A stretch of DNA of 64,000 bases, from assembly GCA_964606485.1 (NCBI GenBank), contig CAZSGP010000003.1:194481-258480 (forward strand), read 5' to 3'. Under the pieces are notes generated by a model. It made no database searches. It was not told where the DNA came from and saw nothing but the letters and a program-made list of their open reading frames with translations. The stretch comes from an uncultured Planctomycetia bacterium (lineage in GTDB: Bacteria; Omnitrophota; Gorgyraeia; 2-02-FULL-51-18). Shown here piece after piece: positions 8,601 to 17,343 of the stretch; position 1 is the stretch's first letter; every line of letters begins with the position of its first letter. A program made the translations under genes and the position numbers.

Positions 8601-10526
8601 CTAGCGGTCTTGATCAGTGGAATAATTTCGGTAAGGGGTAAAAATTTCGGGCGTGATGACAAAATCGATCCAACGTCCGTTAAACTCGGAAGAAGTCAGC
8701 ATGACTTCCAGGTTATAGTTTCCGCCGTTAAGAGACGGTTTGAAGTTCACAAAATCCCGAAGGCTTCTGATTTCAAAATTCTTGATGCTTCCGCCATTTA
8801 GAATTTGCCCTTCATCATCGATAGGGACGAATACCCCGCTCACCGTCGTCAGTCCGTGTTTTAAGCTGAGGTACGTGTCAATGAAACCAGCGGCATGATT
8901 TTTAGACAGGAAGCGCGCGAGCGTTGCCGGATTCCCCTCTTCGGTCGAGCTGACCTTACCTTTCCATCCAAAAGACAGGTGGATGGGATTTGAAAAATGA
9001 ATCGCTTGAGCTCCTAGCGCTGACACGTAGGTGTCACTGGAACGCTTGCGCTGAACGTACGGAAAATCGCGCCGCGCGCTACGGAATGGATTGCGTTCGG
9101 GATTCCCAAACGCGTCCACAAAGCGAATGGTGTCGTTTAACGGATTGCGCGCCTCAACCGTGAACTGGGTTGGGTACAGCGTCGGCTTGCTAGAACCGGA
9201 ATAAGCCACAAATTCTTCGTCGGAAAGCGCGAAGCTCGTAAAATCACTGGTAAACTTTGGCGTTAAAATTTCGTTCCAATTTAAATCTTTGAGCGGGCCT
9301 TCAATAGCGCGGTTAAAAAGCGTTTCCATGCGGAACGAAGTAACCCCGTCCAGATCCGGACGGCCTGTCCCACTTCTAAGCGTTAGTGATAAAAATTCTA
9401 CCGTTTGCGCATTCGGTTGAAAAATATACTGATCCACTCGCACGCGGTTTCCGTGCACGTCAGTGAAAACTTTTCCGGTTTGGGAGTCCGCCGCTTTGTC
9501 AAGACTAGCAATGGTACGGTCAAACTCGATTTCCGCTTTCATGCGGTCCAACTCTTCACGAATTCTATCGCGTAAAAGCAGAGTCTCCGGGTCTTCTACG
9601 CTTGCTTCCCGCTCAAAAGCTTGCCTTGCTGCGTCCTGGGCTGCGGAGCTTGAAATATTTTGTTCGGATTTTTTGTCGTCTTTGGCGTCGTCCTGATTAT
9701 TGGTTGTTGTGCCGTCAAAGGTGGTGGTTGATTGATTTGAAGACTGACTCGAGGATTGCTCCTCGGTTTCACCCTTTTTGGCGGACGAGGTGTTAATCGT
9801 TTGATTCCACGACTCCTCAAGCTTTTTCTTTTCTGATTTAGAAAATTCTCTGGGGGTGGTTGTGGTGCCATCTCCAAATGAGCTGGAGCCAGAATTCTCG
9901 CGAACCAACACCTCCAGGCGACTCAGAAGATTCCGGAACATTACGCCCCCGTGAGAATCCGAAACAAAAAGCTCGCTATAGGGCTTTCCAGATTGCCGGC
10001 CGGCGCTCAAATAAAAAATAGTCCCTCGCACGGCGGCGACCGCTGTCGGAGTCGTCACCTCAAAACGTGAACCCTTTTGAAGCTTTCCAATAGTTGCTTT
10101 TAACTTTCCGGTCTCTAGCACAAAAAGACTCGAACGCGTTTTAAGAATGTTGTTCACCGTCGCATCATTCACAACAAGTGTCGTATTCGGTCCAAGCTCT
10201 AAAGAGGTTTTGTTCTCGAGCGTCATCCGGCAACTCCCCGACATTGTTCGTATGGAGTCACCTAAACTCACCTTTGTGTTTTGGGTGGCCGGAGAAAATA
10301 CATCTTCTCCTTTTTTCTTGGTAAAAACTTCTCCGCGGACGTCTTCTAGGAATATTTTCTGCTCGGAGATTTGGGTTGACCCTCCGGTTGCATTCGACGA
10401 AAGAATTGAGGTGGCGGCTAAGGGCGTCACGGCATTTGTGTTGTCCGCGCAGACTGCCCCAAGCGGGTAAAAGCTTAAAACAGCGGCAATGAAGAAGCGT
10501 GACAGAGTCGATTTATTGAATTTCAT
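8601..10526 (-). CDS. Large secreted FecR-domain protein with an S/T/Q-rich linker and a C-terminal domain of unknown function.
   Basis: Start set at MKFNKSTLSRFFIAAVLSFYPLGAVCA (signal peptide). The FecR-like segment is ...SLGDSIRT...GKLKATIGKLQKGSRFEVTTPTAVAAVRGTIFYL. It is followed by the linker SSSQSSNQSTTTFDGTTTNNQDD and a roughly 330-aa unrecognised C-terminal domain. Confidence 0.55.
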   Translation of the reverse strand: MKFNKSTLSRFFIAAVLSFYPLGAVCADNTNAVTPLAATSILSSNATGGSTQISEQKIFLEDVRGEVFTKKKGEDVFSPATQNTKVSLGDSIRTMSGSCRMTLENKTSLELGPNTTLVVNDATVNNILKTRSSLFVLETGKLKATIGKLQKGSRFEVTTPTAVAAVRGTIFYLSAGRQSGKPYSELFVSDSHGGVMFRNLLSRLEVLVRENSGSSSFGDGTTTTPREFSKSEKKKLEESWNQTINTSSAKKGETEEQSSSQSSNQSTTTFDGTTTNNQDDAKDDKKSEQNISSSAAQDAARQAFEREASVEDPETLLLRDRIREELDRMKAEIEFDRTIASLDKAADSQTGKVFTDVHGNRVRVDQYIFQPNAQTVEFLSLTLRSGTGRPDLDGVTSFRMETLFNRAIEGPLKDLNWNEILTPKFTSDFTSFALSDEEFVAYSGSSKPTLYPTQFTVEARNPLNDTIRFVDAFGNPERNPFRSARRDFPYVQRKRSSDTYVSALGAQAIHFSNPIHLSFGWKGKVSSTEEGNPATLARFLSKNHAAGFIDTYLSLKHGLTTVSGVFVPIDDEGQILNGGSIKNFEIRSLRDFVNFKPSLNGGNYNLEVMLTSSEFNGRWIDFVITPEIFTPYRNYSTDQDR

Positions 10527-10533
10527 AGGCGGA

Positions 10534-10539
10534 ATTATA
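10534..10539 (-). promoter_or_regulatory. -10 box (TATAAT) 7 nt upstream of the FecR-domain gene ATG. No SD, so a leaderless transcript is predicted.
   Basis: The minus strand reads ATATGATATAATtccgcctATG. There is no purine-rich SD between the box and the ATG. Confidence 0.35.
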
Positions 10540-10567
10540 TCATATTTACAGATGGGGGTTCCTCTTT

Positions 10568-10573
10568 TATAAT
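10568..10573 (+). promoter_or_regulatory. -10 box (TATAAT) 6 nt upstream of the ATG of the divergent outer-membrane protein gene. No SD, so a leaderless transcript is predicted.
   Basis: The plus strand reads TTACAG-17nt-TATAAT-cacgcc-ATG (ATG at 10580). Confidence 0.35.
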
Positions 10574-10579
10574 CACGCC

Positions 10580-11845
10580 ATGTCAAAACTCACCGTATGG
10601 GCTAGGCGCGTCCTTTGTCTCTCTGTTGTGAGTTTCTCGATACTGGCCGGCTTTGTTACACAAGCTCTCCCCTCTAACGCCGGGAGCGGTTTTGTGTACT
10701 TAATGGACGCTGAATTGTTGGGCGGCTATTCTAAAATTCCCGGCAAAGACGGCATCACCTCTACCTCTGACCGGTGGTCCATTTCTCCGAATTATAAATT
10801 CAACGATAAAATTTTATGGATCAATCTCTACGCGGGAACATTTGAAAGAATCATGCAAGTCGTGGCTCAGGAAGAAGGTGGCCGCCTTTCAAGTGACACG
10901 TTTAGCGAAAGTTTTTATTCGGCTTTTAAAATCGAGTTGAATGAGCGGTGGTCAATCCGGCCCCTCTTTTTTGCAGATTGGGTATTTGTGGATGAGACCA
11001 AAGATGAAAGTCTTGGAAACGGCCTTTATGATTATAGGGATATCGGTGGCGGCCTTGAGTCCACGTGGGTCACTCTCCAAGAAAAAGATCTGAAGCATGA
11101 GTTTCGACTGGGCTACCGCTTTTTCAAGCGCGAATACCCGAATTTCCGCTCTCTACTATCTTTATTTGACCCCAACGGTTCGACCGAAGTGAATGAAAAA
11201 GATTTTTACGGCCACAAATTGAGCGTTGGCTTTGAATCTCAATCCCGCGATCAATGGTCCTGGGCAGTGGAGGCCGCCACGCTTTACAAAGATTTCACCG
11301 ACAAGCTGACTATAAACTCGAGCGGCATCCGAACATCGGATCTACGCCAAGATTGGCTCGAAGTCGTAAGCGCTAACGCGTCCCATCCCCTCAATGAAAA
11401 TTTTCGGGTAAAATTAGACACTCAATTCTCCTTCAATCTCAGCAATTTGGATTTTTATGATACTCACAATACACTCACCCTCGCTGATGACAATTTCATT
11501 AAAAACTATTTTGATTACATCCTGTTTTCAGTTGGGCCAACTTTGATTTACCGGAAAGAAATTGAGAAGAACGAAGCGCTGGTGCTTTCGGTGGGATACC
11601 GTTTTCAAGTCCAACATTATCCCGGGCGCAAAGCTCAGGATGCTGCCGGCCTTTACCAATCAAATGATCAGGAAGACTTAAACCACGTCTTTCAAGGGAG
11701 ATTGTCGGTGCCGATCAACAAAAACTTTTCCTGGGTGACAAGCTACGCCTACACTTTAGCGCGTTCGAATCAAAAATTTGAAAATTTCTATCTTTACTCT
11801 TACGACAACTGGAATGTTTTAAGCGGGGTTTCGTTTAACTATTAG
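10580..11845 (+). CDS. Outer-membrane beta-barrel protein (hypothetical), divergent from the FecR-domain gene.
   Basis: 421 aa. N-terminal signal/TM segment LCLSVVSFSILAGFV. It has a pattern of alternating hydrophobic/polar strands rich in Y/F/W. The C-terminus ends with the aromatic residues ...SGVSFNY, typical of OM beta-barrels. Confidence 0.5.
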   Translation: MSKLTVWARRVLCLSVVSFSILAGFVTQALPSNAGSGFVYLMDAELLGGYSKIPGKDGITSTSDRWSISPNYKFNDKILWINLYAGTFERIMQVVAQEEGGRLSSDTFSESFYSAFKIELNERWSIRPLFFADWVFVDETKDESLGNGLYDYRDIGGGLESTWVTLQEKDLKHEFRLGYRFFKREYPNFRSLLSLFDPNGSTEVNEKDFYGHKLSVGFESQSRDQWSWAVEAATLYKDFTDKLTINSSGIRTSDLRQDWLEVVSANASHPLNENFRVKLDTQFSFNLSNLDFYDTHNTLTLADDNFIKNYFDYILFSVGPTLIYRKEIEKNEALVLSVGYRFQVQHYPGRKAQDAAGLYQSNDQEDLNHVFQGRLSVPINKNFSWVTSYAYTLARSNQKFENFYLYSYDNWNVLSGVSFNY

Positions 11846-13655
11846 TCTCAAGCTCGATCTGGTACAGAGCAGAATCTCTGGGATCGGCATTCGTCAAAAT
11901 CAAACAGACATTTTTCAAGTCGTTTAGAACAAGTCCTTTTTTCGTTAAAATTTTTCCAATTTCAAATTGTCCGCTTTCTGCGTTTTCAATCCAATAACTA
12001 CCGCCTCTCGTCGTGAAAACAGCTTGAACCAAAAGCGGCTTCGTATTTTCAAGAGTCCTAACTTGGATCGATGCGTCCTCGTGGACCGAATTATCGAAAC
12101 TAATTTCCGAGTAGTCCGTCGCCCATGCCGCAACATCCGCCTGGCGCGTACTGTCTCCGGCAATCGCAATCCCGGAATCATCCGCCTCACTTGCTTCCCA
12201 ATGACCCACCCAGTCGGTCTTACAAATTTTGCCGAGGAATTCTTGTTTATTTTTCCCACTCTCCAGATAAAACCCGTCGCTCGATGCCGTTAAGCGCGTG
12301 CGTGCCACTTCCTTTAAATAACGACTTTGGCCCTTTAATCCAAAATCCTTAAGCCATACAGTCACTGCGTATTTCTTGAGTAAATTTTCAATCGTCATCC
12401 CTGAAACTTCTTCCAATGATTTTGCAAATGTTTCAAGACTCGCTCCACGAAAGGTTCGGCTTAAACGCTCGATGGCGGTCATTCCAAAGTGCTGATCAAA
12501 AAACCTCCAAAACAGAGCGTTCTCGTACCGCAAGTCCATAAACCCTTGATCCGGATAACGCATGAAAAAGTTAGAGCCACCCCTCGAGAATCGTACTTTA
12601 TCGACCAACACCTGCTTAAACCCTTGTGAAAAAAAGTCGTGCTCTGCCCCCGCAAATGTTTCGAAGTAACGCGCCAAACCCTCAACGTACCAATCGGCTT
12701 TTAGGGTCTTACCCGACTCTTTGTTTAAATTTTTATTGTAGTAAAAAATGATGGTGTGGAGCATTTCATGGATAAGCGTCCCGCGTAGATCAGTCTCCAC
12801 ATTGCGCGTGCCGAGCGGCGACGGATTGACTCGCTCCCAACTCTTGATAAACTCCCCGTAATTGGATGGGATAAAAATGACGGCCTCAAATTCTGTTTCA
12901 GAATTTTTAACCGTGTTAAAACAGGGGGCATCTTTAAATGACAGACTATTTAGCCCTCGCCCCTTGAATGGATTATCGGTCGACGGGTCCCCCAAATAAA
13001 TGTCAATCACACGATCCGGATCCACCGCAAACGAAGCGTCTGCATTCGCAAAGCTATAACCTTTGCTATTAAAGCCCTGAAATTGAGTAATGGTTTGATA
13101 AGCGTTTACGGCGGAGTCGAGTACTTGTCTTGCAAAAAGCGCCGCCTCTCGAGATGACGAAAAGTCGCGGTCCATAAAATGTATTTTTATCCCCACACCG
13201 TCTTCAAAAAAATATTCAAGCACCTTTTCCACGCTTTTGCCCTGAACATCTCCGAGCGTTGGCGTCGCTTGAAACAAAACCTTGCCATCTGCAATTACAA
13301 CCAGCGGTCCCGAAAAATTATCCTGGGCCGGCACGAGTCTCAACCGACCCGAACCGTCCGCGCCAAGCGTCATCACCCAAACTGTTTTTCCGTTTAAATC
13401 CCTTAGATACTCTTTTTTTCCGCTTTCGGTTTCAACGTAGGCGCTGACCGGAATTTGGTCGCCTGGCTTCCAATTCAAATCCCTTGCTTGCTGGGATTGA
13501 ACATCCAAAACTAGGGGCGTTGAAAGCTTTGCGGCAGTCAGATTAATTTCGCTAAATGAGCCATCGGAGGCGTACACACAAGTCGAAAATACCGGGAGAA
13601 ATCCCAGTAGGGCGAGCCCAAGAAAATTTTTTTTAAGGAGACTTTTTAAAATCAT
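11835..13655 (-). CDS. Secreted HExxH zinc-metallopeptidase-like protein (MA-clan-like; third ligand Glu downstream).
   Basis: 606 aa with signal peptide LGLALLGFLPVFSTCVYA. The motif TLIHEMLHTII (HExxH) is followed by ...YVEGLARYFE. Confidence 0.45.
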   Translation of the reverse strand: MILKSLLKKNFLGLALLGFLPVFSTCVYASDGSFSEINLTAAKLSTPLVLDVQSQQARDLNWKPGDQIPVSAYVETESGKKEYLRDLNGKTVWVMTLGADGSGRLRLVPAQDNFSGPLVVIADGKVLFQATPTLGDVQGKSVEKVLEYFFEDGVGIKIHFMDRDFSSSREAALFARQVLDSAVNAYQTITQFQGFNSKGYSFANADASFAVDPDRVIDIYLGDPSTDNPFKGRGLNSLSFKDAPCFNTVKNSETEFEAVIFIPSNYGEFIKSWERVNPSPLGTRNVETDLRGTLIHEMLHTIIFYYNKNLNKESGKTLKADWYVEGLARYFETFAGAEHDFFSQGFKQVLVDKVRFSRGGSNFFMRYPDQGFMDLRYENALFWRFFDQHFGMTAIERLSRTFRGASLETFAKSLEEVSGMTIENLLKKYAVTVWLKDFGLKGQSRYLKEVARTRLTASSDGFYLESGKNKQEFLGKICKTDWVGHWEASEADDSGIAIAGDSTRQADVAAWATDYSEISFDNSVHEDASIQVRTLENTKPLLVQAVFTTRGGSYWIENAESGQFEIGKILTKKGLVLNDLKNVCLILTNADPRDSALYQIELETNS

Positions 13656-13699
13656 GTAATAAGATTACATGACAAATCTTAACAATTCAATGCAAGAAC

Positions 13700-14188
13700 C
13701 TAATATTTTTTCAGGACCTTCAGTTCAGGATTAAGAACGGTGGAGGGATCTTTTGGAACCTCAAAGCTTCTAAGCTCGAAGTGTATGTGTGGCAACGTGT
13801 TAGGATCGTTAGCGTTACCAGTCTTTCCGATGTTTCCGATGACTTTTCCGAGGGGCACCCAATCGCCCTCCTGTACATTTATTCTGGATAAGTGCGCGTA
13901 GACGGACAACCACTCCCCGGAGGGGTGAAGAATTTTTACAACGTTCCCATAGCCTTTTTCTTCGGCCGCGACGAGCACTCGACCGCTCTTAGAAGCCATT
14001 ACAGGGTCTCCGATGGCGGATAGATAATCTACGCCTTGGTGCGTCCGACCCCCATTGCGAGAAGCCCCATAATGACCCTTTCCCCCGCTATCCTTTCGAA
14101 TGGTGAGAGTGTTTTGAGCCGGGTTAATAGGCGCTTGAAAATAAGGCTCAGTTCGAAGAAAAAAAACATCTTCCTGGTGCTTAATCAA
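13700..14188 (-). CDS. M23 family metallopeptidase (LytM-like). The N-terminus is possibly mis-framed or truncated.
   Basis: HQGVDY...GYGNVVKILHPSGEWLSVYAHLS...GKTGNANDPNTLPHIHFELR are M23 signatures. The listed start is a TTG. The upstream in-frame codons encode a hydrophobic anchor-like stretch (RIFLGLLFLAIGGALFCS) with no start codon (see findings). Confidence 0.75.
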   Translation of the reverse strand: MIKHQEDVFFLRTEPYFQAPINPAQNTLTIRKDSGGKGHYGASRNGGRTHQGVDYLSAIGDPVMASKSGRVLVAAEEKGYGNVVKILHPSGEWLSVYAHLSRINVQEGDWVPLGKVIGNIGKTGNANDPNTLPHIHFELRSFEVPKDPSTVLNPELKVLKKY

Positions 14189-14363
14189 CGGTTTTGAGCA
14201 AAAAAGAGCTCCACCGATGGCCAGAAAAAGAAGCCCTAAGAATATTCTCAGAGGTTTAAACCCGCCCGCAAAAGCGCGACGAGAAGAATTCCGATCACGA
14301 TTCCTAGGAAGGTCGCGCGATTAAGGTTAATGGAAAATGGTGAGAACATAATGGTAGGATTCT

Positions 14364-14403
14364 ATCAAAAAAGAACCCCGTTCGTCCAATTGGACGAACG
14401 GGG
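14364..14403 (-). terminator. Rho-independent terminator built on a 28-bp perfect palindrome.
   Basis: CCCCGTTCGTCCAATTGGACGAACGGGG lies at 14376-14403. On the minus strand it is followed by a UUCUUUUUUGAUAG run. It sits directly downstream of the 46-codon ORF at 14437-14577. Confidence 0.5.
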
Positions 14404-14436
14404 CGGGTTTCCAAGAAACCGCTTTTTAGGCCCTGC

Positions 14437-14577
14437 TTATTTAATGTGAATCATCTTACCGCCAAACACAACGGCCAGAATCACGATCACCGCTAGATGC
14501 GGAGTCAGTTGCGGCGTAAAGAGAAGCCCCAACGTCACACCTACGAGCAGTCCCGTTAAAAGGTCATAACGAAACAT
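14437..14577 (-). CDS. Small hydrophobic protein of 46 aa (putative membrane peptide).
   Basis: MFRYDLLTGLLVGVTLGLLFTPQLTPHLAVIVILAVVFGGKMIHIK. A strong SD (AGGAGGUG) lies 5 nt upstream of the ATG and a dedicated terminator follows. It is below the 60-aa cut-off of the ORF track. Confidence 0.35.
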   Translation of the reverse strand: MFRYDLLTGLLVGVTLGLLFTPQLTPHLAVIVILAVVFGGKMIHIK

Positions 14578-14704
14578 AGAAATCACCTCCTGCTTACGCA
14601 GAAAATGCTTCAAACCCCTGCTTCGATAGGCTCTCCCCCTCTCCTTGGAGACACGCTCTCTCCTAATTCAAGTATACCTGGGGGAAACTCGCAAACAAGA
14701 GGGG

Positions 14705-15538
14705 CTAAAATTTGCTTAAAAGCCATTTTCCAATCCGCACATAAACTTCCTGGCGGATAGATTCATTGAGTAGTTCGTGGAAAAAATTCTCGTACACCTT
14801 AAGCTCTTTATCGGGACTCGACAGTTCGTGATAAAAAAGAACGGCTTTGTCGCGGCTCACCACAGGGTCATTCCCAGCCTGAATCAATAGAACGGGCGCT
14901 GTGATGGCTTTGGCAATCTTTGGCCGCTTGGAATACGCTTCTTCCATCAGGCGATACAATTTGAGGCTAAGTTTATGGCTAATCAGGCGGTCGCTTACAT
15001 ATTCTCTTAAAATTTCAGGGTCATGCGTCAACATTCGAGGGCGAATACCCGTGTCCAGGCAAACCGAAGCAAACAGATAAGAAAGCATTCTAGCGAGCCA
15101 TCGTTTCCAGAATGGCACTTTTAAAGCCACGCCAAAAATTGGAGAACTCAAAACCAGGCCTTGTATTTTTTTGGATTTTAATTTAGAGACATAAAGGCTC
15201 GCGATTAAACCCCCAAAGCTATGGCCCATTATAAAAAGGGGTTTCCCCGGGAATTCGGCACTCGCGAGTAGGGTGACCGCCTCCAAATCTTTTTCAAAAT
15301 CAGAGAGATGATTTGCAAACGTCCGCAGCCCGCCACTTTTCCCATGTCCTCGCAAATCAGGCAAAAAACTCACAACGCCCATCTCGGAAAGATAGTCTGC
15401 AAACCGGTGATACCTTGCTCCGTGCTCCCCCATTCCGTGTTGAATAATTAAAACAGCTCGAACGGGCACCTGCGAATGATTGCGTCCATAAGAAAGCGGT
15501 GTTGCGTCAAAAGCGAGTAGCTGGTTTTGTGACCACAT
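14705..15538 (-). CDS. Alpha/beta-hydrolase, lysophospholipase/monoacylglycerol-lipase-like.
   Basis: 277 aa. HGMGEH plus the nucleophile elbow IMGHSFGGLIA (GxSxG). It is the last gene of the co-directional lipid/second-messenger cluster. Confidence 0.75.
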   Translation of the reverse strand: MWSQNQLLAFDATPLSYGRNHSQVPVRAVLIIQHGMGEHGARYHRFADYLSEMGVVSFLPDLRGHGKSGGLRTFANHLSDFEKDLEAVTLLASAEFPGKPLFIMGHSFGGLIASLYVSKLKSKKIQGLVLSSPIFGVALKVPFWKRWLARMLSYLFASVCLDTGIRPRMLTHDPEILREYVSDRLISHKLSLKLYRLMEEAYSKRPKIAKAITAPVLLIQAGNDPVVSRDKAVLFYHELSSPDKELKVYENFFHELLNESIRQEVYVRIGKWLLSKF

Positions 15539-15546
15539 AGGATTTA

Positions 15547-17343
15547 TTAACTGCCGTGCGAATAAAGCGCTAGCAGCGCCTCTTTGTGGCGAGAAATCAC
15601 CACGTCTCGTTTTATTTTGAGGGTCGGGGTGAGCTCCCCTGAGCTTTGCGAAAAATCATTCTCAAGCAGAATAAAATATTTAATTTTTTCATAATTCGCT
15701 AAGTTTTTGGAGCATTCTTCAACGTGACTTTCTATAAACCGGTAGATTGCCGGATTTTTTAACAAGGACTCATAAGTGGTGAAAGCGATCTTCTCTCCCT
15801 GTGCGTAAGCAAGGAGCTTTTCTTTGTCTGGAACGAGCAGCGCCGTTAAATAATTTTTACCTTCGCCAAACAAAACGCATCTCAAAATATAAGGGTCGCT
15901 CTCAACGCTTTCCTCCACCACGCGGGGAACCACTTTTTTACCGCCCGAGGTGACGATCAGCTCTTTCTTTCTGCCGGTAATTGTCAAAAAGCCATCTTTA
16001 TCGATCAATCCCAGGTCGCCGGTATGAAACCACCCTTGCTTCAAAACACTTTCCGTCTCTTCTTTTTTATTCCAATAGCCCTTCATCACACAAGCGCTGC
16101 GGGTGGAAATTTCGCCCTCGGGCGTAATCTGAACTTCAACGCCATTTAAAACAGGGCCCACGGTTCCAAATTTAAATTTTTGCTCTAAGTTTACCGCAAT
16201 CACGGGGGACGTCTCTGTAAGCCCGTAGCCCTCAAGAATCAACACCCCCATGTCATAAAAAAATTCCGCTACTTCACGAGCGAGTGGCGCGCCACCCGAA
16301 ACACAAAAACGCACATTCCCGCCAAGCCTCTGCTTGAATTTACGGTAAACAAGTCGCTCGGCGAAAAAAATCTCCATCCAAAAAAGAGGCCCGAGTGATT
16401 TGCCATGGCTTCGAGCCAAGCGTTTTTTCTCCCCCAGGGACTTTGCCCAGTAAAACAAGCCGCGCTTAGCTGGGCTTGCGGTTTTGACCGCCTCAAGCAC
16501 CTTATCTTTTATTTTTTCATAAAAGCGCGGGACACCCAAAAGAAAGGTGGGCTTGGCTTCGAGCATATTCACAGGAACTGTTTCCATACTTTCAGCATAA
16601 ACAATGCTCGCTCCGGTATGAAGCATTAGGTAATAGCCCGCCATCCGCTCAAACACATGACATAGGGGCAAAAAAGACAAATGCCTGTCACTCTCGTGAA
16701 TCTTAAAAGCCTTTTCGCACGCAATGACGTTCGCCAAAAAATTACCATGTGTCAGCATGACACCCTTGGGCGGGCCGGTGGTCCCGGAAGTGTATATAAT
16801 AGTTGCTAAGGTGTCGGGCCCTAGTGTGCTCACAGTCTCGCCGATGCACTGGGAAGCATCCGCCAATTTTTCCAGATCTTTGATTAATAAAAGCGGAATT
16901 GAAAAATGTTCTTTCATTAGAGCGAGCGACGCGTCAAAAATAATAATAAATTTTAAATTTGGCAGGTTCTTCTGAATGGGTAGGATTTTTTCAAGCAAAG
17001 CTTTGCCGGAAACTGCTAGAACCGAGGACTGAGAGTCTTCTAAGATATACTGAATTTCAGCCGAGGCAAGCGTCGCATAAATTGGAACCGTTACAGCGCC
17101 CAAGCTTAGAGCCGCCAGATCCGTCAGCGCCCACTCAGGACGATTCTCGGAAAAAATGGCAACCCGATCCCCAGACTTCAACCCATTTGCGGCAAGTCCT
17201 GCAGACAAACGGTTTTTTTGTTCATAGAACTCTTCCCAGCTAACCGAAAAACTTTGCCCGCCGCTTTTAAAAAAAAGAGCTTTTTTTTGTCCGTTTTTCT
17301 TAGAGGCCCTCTCAAGAAGTGCCGGTAAGTGCTGGGGGGTCAT
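15547..17343 (-). CDS. Long-chain-fatty-acid--CoA ligase (AMP-dependent synthetase/ligase)
   Basis: 598 aa with AMP-binding motifs YTSGTTGPPKGVMLTHGNF and GYGLTE...GDLG. Its start overlaps the patatin gene stop (ATGA-type). Confidence 0.85.
   Translation of the reverse strand: MTPQHLPALLERASKKNGQKKALFFKSGGQSFSVSWEEFYEQKNRLSAGLAANGLKSGDRVAIFSENRPEWALTDLAALSLGAVTVPIYATLASAEIQYILEDSQSSVLAVSGKALLEKILPIQKNLPNLKFIIIFDASLALMKEHFSIPLLLIKDLEKLADASQCIGETVSTLGPDTLATIIYTSGTTGPPKGVMLTHGNFLANVIACEKAFKIHESDRHLSFLPLCHVFERMAGYYLMLHTGASIVYAESMETVPVNMLEAKPTFLLGVPRFYEKIKDKVLEAVKTASPAKRGLFYWAKSLGEKKRLARSHGKSLGPLFWMEIFFAERLVYRKFKQRLGGNVRFCVSGGAPLAREVAEFFYDMGVLILEGYGLTETSPVIAVNLEQKFKFGTVGPVLNGVEVQITPEGEISTRSACVMKGYWNKKEETESVLKQGWFHTGDLGLIDKDGFLTITGRKKELIVTSGGKKVVPRVVEESVESDPYILRCVLFGEGKNYLTALLVPDKEKLLAYAQGEKIAFTTYESLLKNPAIYRFIESHVEECSKNLANYEKIKYFILLENDFSQSSGELTPTLKIKRDVVISRHKEALLALYSHGS

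Noticed and set aside
14248-14349. 33-codon hydrophobic ORF as an independent gene
   Set aside because: It has no SD or promoter-like spacing and lies immediately after a terminator U-tract. It is better explained as the displaced 5' part of the M23 peptidase gene (frameshift) than as a stand-alone gene.
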